In this document: positions 1-6,980 of the stretch, piece by piece | Layout: every line of letters begins with the position of its first letter | How positions within the stretch are numbered: the stretch's first letter is position 1 | Source: a virus | Taxonomy: Duplodnaviria > Caudoviricetes | IMG/VR virus record: IMGVR_UViG_3300033475_000013 | Coordinates: 13,944 to 77,943 of that record | Length of the DNA: 64,000 nucleotides | Strand: one strand, 5' to 3' | The notes under the pieces: generated by a model | What the model saw: only the letters and a program-made list of their open reading frames with translations | Databases searched by the model: none | What the model was told of the DNA's origin: nothing | Position numbers and translations under genes: made by a program

Positions 1-225
1 GATATTGTAAGACTGAAATACAATCCATCCGCCGTATTGCTTATTATGGAATTTGCGGCCTCCTATCTTCTTTGCACGGCTCAAAGCAAGTGCGTAACGT
101 GCGTCTAAAGAGGTAAATTCATCTTTATCAGTGAGTAGATTAAGAAAGTGGCACACGTAACGAGGGTTACCGTTCGTGTCGTTATTGATTCGAGTAAAAT
201 CTATTTTACTTTCAATTGTTTTCAT
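1..225 (-). CDS. Early hypothetical protein, runs off the left edge
   Basis: Manual translation from ATG at 225: MKTIESKIDFTRINNDTNGNPRYVCHF...GGRKFHNKQYGGWIVFQSYNI, open to position 1; starts 4 nt after the stop of the upstream gene. Confidence 0.75.
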   Translation of the reverse strand, partial: MKTIESKIDFTRINNDTNGNPRYVCHFLNLLTDKDEFTSLDARYALALSRAKKIGGRKFHNKQYGGWIVFQSYNI

Positions 226-229
226 GGCC

Positions 230-715
230 TTAATTGATTTCTTGTAGTTGTTCAATCTCTGATTGAGTAAAAAAATGTTTAACATCGTGCCATTGCTCAA
301 CACAAAGTTGCCATGTTGAATAAGCTTTTCGAGAATCTTCATCGTAACCATATTCACTGCAAAATTCCTCAAAGTTCCCCGGATCACTTTTAACTATGCA
401 ACATAGCACATCATAAGCGGTAGGTTTTTGTCCATTTGGATTATCAACAAAAGTACTCCATGACCTAATGTCATTTACTCTTTTAGAGTGTTGTAAGTCT
501 TTTAGTTGAATTCTGTAGGAATGTGCAGTTGATTGGCCAAAGGTTAGTGATAATGATTTGTTCCTTTGTTCAGGTTTTTTAAAGACAATAGCATATTTGT
601 CTCGTGATTCTTTCTCACCTTCAAAGTAAGGACCGAAAGAAACAAATCTAGCTTCAAAGGTAATTCCACAAGCTTGCATAAAGTCAATAGCTTGTTGTTC
701 GTATGTAGTTTTCAT
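230..715 (-). CDS. Early hypothetical protein (161 aa)
   Basis: ORF track; tightly packed in the leftward operon; PTAYDVL...FEEFCSEYGYDEDS segment looks like a conserved phage motif. Confidence 0.8.
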   Translation of the reverse strand: MKTTYEQQAIDFMQACGITFEARFVSFGPYFEGEKESRDKYAIVFKKPEQRNKSLSLTFGQSTAHSYRIQLKDLQHSKRVNDIRSWSTFVDNPNGQKPTAYDVLCCIVKSDPGNFEEFCSEYGYDEDSRKAYSTWQLCVEQWHDVKHFFTQSEIEQLQEIN

Positions 716-840
716 AATTTATAACCCGGTTTATGGTTACCGGAAACATTTTTTAGTTTCTCCAATTGTTTCTTTATGCGCGCACTCATCTTCGTTGTAG
801 ACATGACGGATAGGATGAGTTTGTCTTCTTTAGTCAGCAT
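712..840 (-). CDS. Possible small protein (42 aa)
   Basis: Manual translation MLTKEDKLILSVMSTTKMSARIKKQLEKLKNVSGNHKPGYKL; fills the gap, and its TGA overlaps the next ATG. Confidence 0.4.
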   Translation of the reverse strand: MLTKEDKLILSVMSTTKMSARIKKQLEKLKNVSGNHKPGYKL

Positions 841-1034
841 AGTTTTGATTCTTTAGGCAGAGATCCAATGAATACCATTTCGTATTCTTCCTCATCAACC
901 GGATATCCTTGTTCACCATCTTTAATAATGATATGTCCAGCTAATTCAAGATTATACCCTGCGTTGTATTCTGGATAGGTTTCATCAGGAACGGCAGTTT
1001 TTCTGTAAATCGCATATAAGCTATCGGTTTTCAT
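834..1034 (-). CDS. Early hypothetical protein (66 aa)
   Basis: ORF track; co-oriented and packed. Confidence 0.65.
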   Translation of the reverse strand: MKTDSLYAIYRKTAVPDETYPEYNAGYNLELAGHIIIKDGEQGYPVDEEEYEMVFIGSLPKESKLC

Positions 1035-1046
1035 AATGTCGCGCGT

Positions 1047-1943
1047 TTAGTGAGTATTGATTTGACCCCAACCCATTTTCTTAGCAAAGAGATTGATCTC
1101 TTTGCGCTCAATCTTATGACAACCAATAGTAAGAACACCATTCAAACCAAGCACGGTATAACCATCAATCACAAATCCTATAACATCTTTGCCGCTCTTT
1201 ATTCGCTCAAATAATATTTTGGCCTGCTTAACATTTACCCGCGCACCGTGCGAGGTCTCCACTACATTATCTGAAGCATTAAATCTCAAATAAACCTCAT
1301 CAACATGATAGTATAACCTAATGTTTGCACCGCGTTTCCATTTCGCTATCTCTTTCTTTGCTTTTTCACGCCTTTCATTTTCTTGTGCCAACTCCCTACG
1401 TTGTGCCTCTAATTTTTGAGCCTCAAACGTGCTTTGTAGCTTGCTTAAATCCTGATCTTTGGCAAAGGCATACAATGCCACAAACGTATCGAATGTGAAG
1501 ATTTTAATAGAAGTGTTGATAGCTGCCAGATATTTATCCACACGTTCAGCAATAGCCACAATTTCAAGCTTTGCTTTATCATGAGTAACTTTGCGGCGTT
1601 TAGTGTCTTGAATAATAAGATATTGCTCATGCATCTCTTTACCAAAAGCCAGTATATTACTATTAGCACCTTCAGACGGATCATTGCAGTAAACTAATTC
1701 TTTATGAGTTATAGCCCGCTGAACTTGGTACATATGCGAACTAGTCGTTACTGAATACCTGCGAGTGGTAAACAATACTCTATTGTTATCAATCATGCGC
1801 GCGATACAAAAATGATGGCCATAAGAATAAATTTTGTCACCATTAAAAAACAGGTTCTTACCTGCGTTTCTACCTTCAGTCTGTGATTGTTTAGACCAAA
1901 TATGCGCTACTTCATCGGTCGGAAATACTTTTTTCTGTCTCAT
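1047..1943 (-). CDS. Early hypothetical protein (298 aa)
   Basis: Long ORF with IYSYGHHFCIA N-terminal region, central coiled coil and C-terminal VETSHGA...IGCH region. Confidence 0.85.
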   Translation of the reverse strand: MRQKKVFPTDEVAHIWSKQSQTEGRNAGKNLFFNGDKIYSYGHHFCIARMIDNNRVLFTTRRYSVTTSSHMYQVQRAITHKELVYCNDPSEGANSNILAFGKEMHEQYLIIQDTKRRKVTHDKAKLEIVAIAERVDKYLAAINTSIKIFTFDTFVALYAFAKDQDLSKLQSTFEAQKLEAQRRELAQENERREKAKKEIAKWKRGANIRLYYHVDEVYLRFNASDNVVETSHGARVNVKQAKILFERIKSGKDVIGFVIDGYTVLGLNGVLTIGCHKIERKEINLFAKKMGWGQINTH

Positions 1944-1954
1944 CTCCTTAAACC

Positions 1955-2125
1955 TTATTTAGACCAAACACTCATTTTATTAGCAAATTCCATAGAGTCA
2001 ATCTGAGTCTCTAATCTCATTTGCTTTTCAAAGGATGAAAAAGGCTTACTTGCCACTGGTTTTGGAAACATGTAGATAGCAGTGATAACCGCCGCAATTC
2101 CGATAATGATCTTGATTGTCTTCAT
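1955..2125 (-). CDS. Small protein with N-terminal hydrophobic segment (56 aa)
   Basis: Manual translation MKTIKIIIGIAAVITAIYMFPKPVAS...MSVWSK; A-rich start context. Confidence 0.6.
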   Translation of the reverse strand: MKTIKIIIGIAAVITAIYMFPKPVASKPFSSFEKQMRLETQIDSMEFANKMSVWSK

Positions 2126-2178
2126 TTTTGTATCCCGTTTTGCGTGTCCCGGTAACGTTTTTGTCTGTGATTATGATG

Positions 2179-2215
2179 TAAAGATATTAACAGATATTAA
2201 GAAGTCAATACGTCA
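2179..2215 (-). promoter_or_regulatory. Bacteroidota sigma70-type promoter for the early operon
   Basis: Minus strand reads TTGACGTATTGAC...TTAATATCTGTTAATATCTTTA; TATCTTTA (2179-2186) is a one-mismatch TAnnTTTG -7 box. Confidence 0.55.
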
Positions 2216-2287
2216 AGCAAACTATTTTTTAAATATTGTGTAAGTTGTTGATTGTCAGAAAGAATAATTTTTTGTTAGGAATGGATT

Positions 2288-2848
2288 TTAGGCCGTTTGG
2301 CGTGCTTTATAAGTTGGTAAATCCTCACCAATCACAATAGATCTTATTGGACAGTCATCATCAGGATTGATATAACGCTGGAATAATTCAGCCTGTTCCT
2401 TGAAATATAAATCCATAACCTGAATACCAAAATCAGTAATGCCAATGGCCAACGAATCAGGCGAACTAACATACTCATAACTACCCAAACAACCTTTATC
2501 TAACAAGCCCTGAAGATAACCGCTAAACTTTGCCTTCGTCTTGAAACTACCAGTAACAATCTTAAGAAATACTGTTTTACTAATTACCTGCCTGCCTAAA
2601 TTCTCAAGCAATCCAGATAACAATAACAGACAATCAACCTCAAAGCGGTTAATACCATAAGCCTGATAAACCTTGTCACGGTAACGAACTAGTAATTGCG
2701 TTTTGTAACAACGTTGCATATGCCTCACACTTGTTTGCAAATATTCGGCCGGTGTTGGCTTAATCGTGCCAACCGTGGGTTGCGCGGTGCGCTGCGTTAC
2801 GGTGTAAGATGGAGAAATTTTAGTAGGCTTTTCTGATGATTTACCCAC
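2288..2848 (-). CDS. Hypothetical protein, possibly winged-helix DNA binding; start uncertain
   Basis: 186-aa ORF from GTG; helix-helix-wing pattern (INRFEVDCLLLL...FSGYLQGLLDKGCL...IGITDFG). Confidence 0.6.
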   Translation of the reverse strand: MGKSSEKPTKISPSYTVTQRTAQPTVGTIKPTPAEYLQTSVRHMQRCYKTQLLVRYRDKVYQAYGINRFEVDCLLLLSGLLENLGRQVISKTVFLKIVTGSFKTKAKFSGYLQGLLDKGCLGSYEYVSSPDSLAIGITDFGIQVMDLYFKEQAELFQRYINPDDDCPIRSIVIGEDLPTYKARQTA

Positions 2849-2981
2849 AAAATTATGTTTGGTTGCGAAGATTTGGTGTTAAACGTTCGATTATTACGAA
2901 CTATGATCCAAAAATAGTTTAATCCAGCTTCAGTGTCAAGCTTTTATATGCTCTTATTTTGAAAATATTGAAAACAGAGGC

Positions 2982-3028
2982 CCCCGGGTCTAGAAAAACC
3001 GATTGCCCAATCGGTCAGCGACCCGGGG
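2982..3028. other. GC-rich nested hairpin
   Basis: CCCCGGGTC (2982-2990) pairs with GACCCGGGG (3020-3028); inner CCGATT/AATCGG (2999-3004/3009-3014). Confidence 0.7.
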
Positions 3029-3061
3029 ATGGTCTACCGCCTGGCGCAGGGAGGTATCCTT

Positions 3062-3364
3062 TCAGAATGGGCACCAGTTTTGGCCGTGAATGGCGATCAT
3101 ATCTTTTATCCAGTCATCTTTGGAAGCGAACGGGCTCATTAGAGGCTCGTCACGCGAAATTATTCGTGGGTAGTGTGTTTGTACGTCTGCATGGTCGATC
3201 CAAGCGGAGACGCGGTTTGAGATGAGTCGTCTGGCTTCTTTTCCGGAATCATGGATGTCGAGGTCGAGGGCTTTGATGAGTTCCTGGACGTTTGGGAGGT
3301 TCAGGATTTTGGATTGTTGCTGGTTGAGTATCATGGATTCGAAGGTAAATGAAAATATTAACAT
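3062..3364 (-). CDS. Hypothetical protein; true start probably downstream of the listed one
   Basis: ORF track, 100 aa, plausible globular composition. Confidence 0.5.
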   Translation of the reverse strand: MLIFSFTFESMILNQQQSKILNLPNVQELIKALDLDIHDSGKEARRLISNRVSAWIDHADVQTHYPRIISRDEPLMSPFASKDDWIKDMIAIHGQNWCPF

Positions 3365-3376
3365 TTGTTAATCTAC

Positions 3377-3558
3377 TATCCCGGTCTAAAATTTTATTTA
3401 TTGTTTTTTTCACCTTCCCACTGGTCACAGATACTAACTCTCCCGCCCCTTTGATATATTTCTCTAAAAAGAAATATATCTACAGGGAGTGACCGGGAGA
3501 GTTGATCAGTTGTATTCGGTTGACTCTCCCGGGATAGTCCGGGATAGTCCGGGAGAGT
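3377..3558. repeat. Cluster of CCGGGA(T/G)AGT 10-mers and nested inverted repeats
   Basis: Forward copies at 3493, 3529, 3539, 3549; inverted copies at 3377, 3437 (9/10), 3523; GATATATTTC/GAAATATATC inverted repeat at 3453-3480. Confidence 0.85.
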
Positions 3559-3633
3559 CGGGGGACTCTATCAAAAATTTGGATATTATTTCAATTTTTT
3601 GCTACTTTGAATTTCTGATTGAAATTTTTCGAA

Positions 3634-3716
3634 GTAGGACTCGAAGGATTTTGGTCTGGTTTAAATCCACCTATAGAAGCCCGAGCAGACGTCCTACACT
3701 GCCGGGTTTTTTATTT
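3634..3716 (+). promoter_or_regulatory. Structured leader with terminator-like hairpin and competing stem
   Basis: GTAGGAC (3634-40) pairs with GTCCTAC (3691-97); inner GGATTT/AAATCC; AGCCCG...CGGGTT hairpin (3678-3708) followed by a T tract just before ATG 3719. Confidence 0.5.
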
Positions 3717-3718
3717 TC

Positions 3719-4189
3719 ATGAAGAGAATCCCAATTCACTTTAAAAAAATTACTCCTGAGGTTTTAAAGGAGGCCGCAATGATTGTTGATCAAGGATCAA
3801 GAGTTCGGTTTTACAAGATTAAAAACAGCACGGTGCACAAGGTTTATATCAAAATCTTCCGGATAGATGATGATATGGATACGGAATTTATGTACCACCA
3901 TTTTGGCGGATACTATTACGTGAAGGACAGTAAGTGCATTCGTGATCAGAAGAACTACTGGCTGAACATCCAGCAGCATCGGGCTGTTCGGCTGATGCAA
4001 TTACTTCTGCCGTACCTGACGCTCAGGAAAGAGGTTGTGGAGTCTATTTTGGCTTATTATGATTCGAAGAAAAAGAATAAGAAGCGGAGATTGACGGCTG
4101 AAATGAAGGCTGAGCGGGATCAGATTTATAAAAATTACAAGGAAGCACAAGCCAGGTTTATGGAATGTGTTAAAAAATCAAAATCTTAA
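3719..4189 (+). CDS. Degenerate single-motif LAGLIDADG-fold protein
   Basis: AAMIVDQGSRV occupies the LAGLIDADG helix position; LLLPYLTLRKEVVESILAYY resembles the I-CreI-type LxPFLKLKxKQA motif; canonical acidic residues altered. Confidence 0.55.
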   Translation: MKRIPIHFKKITPEVLKEAAMIVDQGSRVRFYKIKNSTVHKVYIKIFRIDDDMDTEFMYHHFGGYYYVKDSKCIRDQKNYWLNIQQHRAVRLMQLLLPYLTLRKEVVESILAYYDSKKKNKKRRLTAEMKAERDQIYKNYKEAQARFMECVKKSKS

Positions 4190-4191
4190 TT

Positions 4192-4593
4192 ATGAAGAAC
4201 AGACAAGAACTAGCCTATATCTATGACTATTTTGGATACGCTGTTATCCATTTGAAAGGGGCTAAAGACAAACGAACTAAAGTTGAATTGTATTTTGTGA
4301 AGGATGAGAATGGTCTTTGTAACAGACTCACCATGGAAGGCTATCAATGGCGATTTAAAAATGGTTATGCTTACATGAGTGGATTAGTTGCTATTTCGTT
4401 TTTAAAAGGCATTGTTGATTTGATTCGTATAAAGCGATGTCAGGTGAAAAAGATAATTGAGTTATATGGTATGGATCAAAATCCCAAAAATAAATCCAGA
4501 AAGATTGTTCTTCGAGATGCCATTCATAAGGATAACAAGAGAACAGATCCGGTTTTGGATTACTTAAAAAGGCATAATGCGGACTTTTTTTAA
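4192..4593 (+). CDS. Second degenerate LAGLIDADG-fold protein
   Basis: ELAYIYDYFGYAVIHL at the N-terminus; FLKGIVDLIRIKRCQVKKIIELY and RDAIHKDNKR resemble the C-terminal helices of this family. Confidence 0.5.
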   Translation: MKNRQELAYIYDYFGYAVIHLKGAKDKRTKVELYFVKDENGLCNRLTMEGYQWRFKNGYAYMSGLVAISFLKGIVDLIRIKRCQVKKIIELYGMDQNPKNKSRKIVLRDAIHKDNKRTDPVLDYLKRHNADFF

Positions 4594-4641
4594 CTATCCC
4601 AATACTCCCGAATTCAAAAAACCGGGATAGTCCGGGAGAGT
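4593..4641. repeat. Second CCGGGA(T/G)AGT cluster
   Basis: CCGGGATAGTCCGGGAGAGT at 4622-4641 is identical to 3539-3558; partial inverted copy ACTATCCC at 4593-4600. Confidence 0.85.
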
Positions 4642-4671
4642 GGGACACTTGGATTGAAAGGTTAATTTTTC

Positions 4672-4679
4672 TATGTTTG
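4672..4679 (+). promoter_or_regulatory. Bacteroidota -7 promoter box
   Basis: TATGTTTG matches TAnnTTTG exactly; lies upstream of the tRNA cluster. Confidence 0.6.
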
Positions 4680-4683
4680 AGCC

Positions 4684-4758
4684 ATGAACAATAATCAATT
4701 GCATCCGCAACGACTTTTACCAGAAATTCTGGAGGTCATCGCTATGCAGTTTGGATAA
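4684..4758 (+). CDS. Possible 24-aa leader peptide
   Basis: MNNNQLHPQRLLPEILEVIAMQFG starts 4 nt after the -7 box. Confidence 0.35.
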   Translation: MNNNQLHPQRLLPEILEVIAMQFG

Positions 4759-4788
4759 GGATATACTTTTTAAACGACGCAAATGCTC

Positions 4789-4820
4789 AAAGCCTCCCTG
4801 ATCAGGAGGCTTTTTGTTTT
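4789..4820 (+). terminator. Terminator-like hairpin before the tRNAs
   Basis: AAAGCCTCC-CTGATCA-GGAGGCTTT followed by TTGTTTT. Confidence 0.6.
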
Positions 4821-4823
4821 TAT

Positions 4824-4899
4824 CAGGTATTGGGGAAGTCCGGTCGTTCCCGCCACACTTGGAATGTGGAGCTCGTTGGTTCAAATCCAGCATGCCTGA
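4824..4899 (+). tRNA. tRNA-Pro(UGG)
   Basis: Acceptor CAGGTAT/ATGCCTG; anticodon arm CCACA-ctTGGaa-TGTGG; T loop TTCAAAT. Confidence 0.9.
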
Positions 4900-4906
4900 C
4901 TTTTAT

Positions 4907-4979
4907 TGCCGGATGGTGGAATTGGCAACACATCAGACTTTGATTCTGAAAATTACAGGTTCGAGACCTGTTCCGGCAA
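4907..4979 (+). tRNA. tRNA-Gln(UUG)
   Basis: Acceptor TGCCGGA/TCCGGCA; TCAGA-ctTTGat-TCTGA; T loop TTCGAGA. Confidence 0.9.
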
Positions 4980-4981
4980 CT

Positions 4982-5055
4982 GTGATCGTGGGCAAGTGGC
5001 TTAAGCCGCGAGATTGTGGTTCTCGTATTCGCCGGTTCGAATCCGGTCGATCACC
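4982..5055 (+). tRNA. tRNA-His(GUG)
   Basis: Acceptor GTGATCG/CGATCAC, discriminator C; CGAGA-ttGTGgt-TCTCG; T loop TTCGAAT. Confidence 0.9.
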
Positions 5056-5065
5056 AAAAATTAAT

Positions 5066-5145
5066 GCCCCTGTGACATATGCAAACTGGCACAGCTGACG
5101 GTTTTAGACACCGTGTTTTTGAGAGTTCGATTCTCTCCAGGGGTA
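5066..5145 (+). tRNA. Atypical tRNA-Leu(UAG)
   Basis: Acceptor GCCCCTG/CAGGGGT; ACGGT-ttTAGac-ACCGT; T arm GAGAG-TTCGATT-CTCTC; 25-nt D region and 6-nt variable loop. Confidence 0.7.
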
Positions 5146-5149
5146 CAAT

Positions 5150-5223
5150 GGCTGCATGGCGAAACTGGCAGACGCGTCAGACTTAAAATCTGAATTTTAC
5201 GAGTTCGAATCTCGTTGCGGCTA
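5150..5223 (+). tRNA. tRNA-Leu(UAA) with short variable loop
   Basis: Acceptor GGCTGCA/TGCGGCT; TCAGA-ctTAAaa-TCTGA; T arm ACGAG-TTCGAAT-CTCGT; 5-nt variable loop. Confidence 0.85.
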
Positions 5224-6267
5224 CAAAAATTTCTCGATCAATGTTCTGAAAGCGAGTTCGGCTTGCTGTTCAACGACGGCATTTCCTGCCATGCGAAGAA
5301 GGTCTTCTCTAAAGTTGTACCCATTAATTGCATAACCCAGGCTGGATTCAAGACGAGGCTCTTCGAATTCGAATTGATTTGGTCCTTGTCCTGCTGGAAA
5401 AAGACTTGTCTGGGCAATTGATCGCACCGATTCCTCCCATCGCTTCTTTGCATTTCCATGCCGGCCGTGTCCTTCCAGTCGAGACTGGAAGGAGTTGTCC
5501 ATTGTCTGACTTGAACTGGTAATGCTGTTCCTCCTTGTTGAAATTTTGTTTTTCTGTTGGTTGAACTTGATAACGATGTCGTCCACTTTCTCACTGTCTC
5601 CGCCAGATATAACGGAACGGTGTTCTGGTTGGCATTTGACTTCCGATAATCCAAGCACTTCTGCAAGGTCTCCTCGTCTCTTACTCTGTTCAGAGCAGTA
5701 AGTGTCGGCCACGGCAAGGATGAAGAGACGTTTTCTAAGATGTGGCGTGCCCACTTGCTCCGCAGCGAATATGTCCGCTTCAACTTTGTAACCAAGGCTT
5801 GATATTCGTTCTCTGACTTCCTGGTATCCGATATTGAGGTGGTTTGCGACGTTTTCGAAGAAACAGAGAACAGGTCTAACTGCGTCGATTCCATGTTCAA
5901 AGAAGGGGAAGAGATGTCGTGGATCGGCGACTCCGTTCTGTAGCCCGGCTTGTGAAAATGGTTGACAAGGATATCCTCCAGTGAGGATGTGTATTTTTCG
6001 GTAAAACTGTTCGTACGGGAATGTTTTAAGATCAGTCCAGATAGGCACTGGAGCCACCATACCTTGTTCCATTTTCGCTGCCACATTGTAGGCGGCAAAG
6101 GATTCGATTTCCACAATAGCGGCATATTGGAGAATTCTAGCTTGATACATTTTTTCTCCTTGATGTGGGTACCGTAGTGCTGCAATTCCTCGTTCCAGTC
6201 CTCGATCAAGTCCACCTTGTCCGTGGCAAAGGCTGAGTGTAGCGAGTGTTTTTTCGGGATTATCCAC
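5221..6267 (-). CDS. C5-cytosine DNA methyltransferase, catalytic (alpha-like) chain
   Basis: Motif I LSLCHGQGG, IV GGYPCQPFS, VI FFENV, VIII HLRKRLFI, X LRMAGNAVV; GTG start. Confidence 0.9.
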   Translation of the reverse strand: MDNPEKTLATLSLCHGQGGLDRGLERGIAALRYPHQGEKMYQARILQYAAIVEIESFAAYNVAAKMEQGMVAPVPIWTDLKTFPYEQFYRKIHILTGGYPCQPFSQAGLQNGVADPRHLFPFFEHGIDAVRPVLCFFENVANHLNIGYQEVRERISSLGYKVEADIFAAEQVGTPHLRKRLFILAVADTYCSEQSKRRGDLAEVLGLSEVKCQPEHRSVISGGDSEKVDDIVIKFNQQKNKISTRRNSITSSSQTMDNSFQSRLEGHGRHGNAKKRWEESVRSIAQTSLFPAGQGPNQFEFEEPRLESSLGYAINGYNFREDLLRMAGNAVVEQQAELAFRTLIEKFL

Positions 6268-6269
6268 AT
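5238..6269 (-). CDS. Overlapping alternative-frame protein, candidate MTase beta chain (TRD plus motif IX)
   Basis: 343 codons with no stop over the whole MTase gene; WPT/WTT(P) repeats, DWKD, DQLPRQV and LNPAWVMQLMG; ATG start 2 nt after the upstream stop. Confidence 0.75.
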   Translation of the reverse strand: MWIIPKKHSLHSAFATDKVDLIEDWNEELQHYGTHIKEKKCIKLEFSNMPLLWKSNPLPPTMWQRKWNKVWWLQCLSGLILKHSRTNSFTEKYTSSLEDILVNHFHKPGYRTESPIHDISSPSLNMESTQLDLFSVSSKTSQTTSISDTRKSENEYQALVTKLKRTYSLRSKWARHILENVSSSLPWPTLTALNRVRDEETLQKCLDYRKSNANQNTVPLYLAETVRKWTTSLSSSTNRKTKFQQGGTALPVQVRQWTTPSSLDWKDTAGMEMQRSDGRNRCDQLPRQVFFQQDKDQINSNSKSLVLNPAWVMQLMGTTLEKTFFAWQEMPSLNSKPNSLSEH

Positions 6270-6271
6270 CT

Positions 6272-6442
6272 TTAATTTTCTAATTTTTTTAAATTCTCCA
6301 ATTCAAATATTGCTTCTGTCAAAACATCAATGGCAACATCGATTGTTTTTGAACCAATAACAAAAACCATCACACCACGGACAGTGACATGATATGTCGG
6401 TATACTTTCCGGCTTCTCTGACTTTTCTTTCTCGTTACTCAT
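6272..6442 (-). CDS. Small hypothetical protein (56 aa)
   Basis: Manual translation MSNEKEKSEKPESIPTYHVTV...LKKLEN; fills the gap exactly. Confidence 0.55.
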   Translation of the reverse strand: MSNEKEKSEKPESIPTYHVTVRGVMVFVIGSKTIDVAIDVLTEAIFELENLKKLEN

Positions 6443-6708
6443 TTCTTTTCAACTTTAAACCACACATGCATCTCAAATCCAAAAAAACAAAACCGGATGG
6501 CGTATGAGTCCCAGCTACAATACCAGTGCTGGATTCCGATGTACACCGGATCAGATGCATCAAACAATAATCGCTTATGGATAATTTTCCACCTGTTAGT
6601 AAAATAGATACGATTAAATTTTGTCACATACTTTATTTTCTTTGGCTTCTCTTCCCAATACTCTTCAGGGTAAGGATGCGTTTCATCTACTATAATTTCT
6701 TGTGCCAT
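6439..6708 (-). CDS. Hypothetical protein (89 aa)
   Basis: ORF track; overlaps both neighbours in the operon. Confidence 0.6.
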   Translation of the reverse strand: MAQEIIVDETHPYPEEYWEEKPKKIKYVTKFNRIYFTNRWKIIHKRLLFDASDPVYIGIQHWYCSWDSYAIRFCFFGFEMHVWFKVEKK

Positions 6709-6977
6709 GGTAATTTTTTAAGTAACATTTTACCTACCGATTCAGATACAGCTAGGTTCCATGAAATTATAGCTGATGATATTCCTGGGTGAGGATCCTC
6801 CACCCTGTATCCATTTTCAACGAGCCAAACTTTTATTTCATAAGATGGACCAAGAAGCGAAACACTATACTTACCACGAACTGATGCTTCACGGATCATT
6901 TCGATCATTAATTTTTTTTGATTCTCTATGGATTTTGCATATCCATCAGAAATCTTTTTTGCTTCAATTGCTGTCAT
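6690..6977 (-). CDS. Hypothetical protein (95 aa)
   Basis: ORF track; packed operon. Confidence 0.6.
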   Translation of the reverse strand: MTAIEAKKISDGYAKSIENQKKLMIEMIREASVRGKYSVSLLGPSYEIKVWLVENGYRVEDPHPGISSAIISWNLAVSESVGKMLLKKLPWHKKL

Positions 6978-6980
6978 AAC

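Noticed and set aside
2959-3225. 88-aa plus-strand ORF, and the similar 3489-3722 ORF
   Set aside because: TTG/GTG starts, run through hairpin and repeat DNA, low-complexity P/G/R/S content
3529-3558. CRISPR array
   Set aside because: Repeats are 10-bp and directly adjacent with no unique spacers; no cas genes
4814-5098. 94-aa ORF in the track
   Set aside because: Lies over well-formed tRNA genes
4824-5223. tRNA-associated theta (HDV-like) ribozymes
   Set aside because: Spacers between tRNAs are only 2-10 nt and the last tRNA abuts the MTase stop, leaving no room
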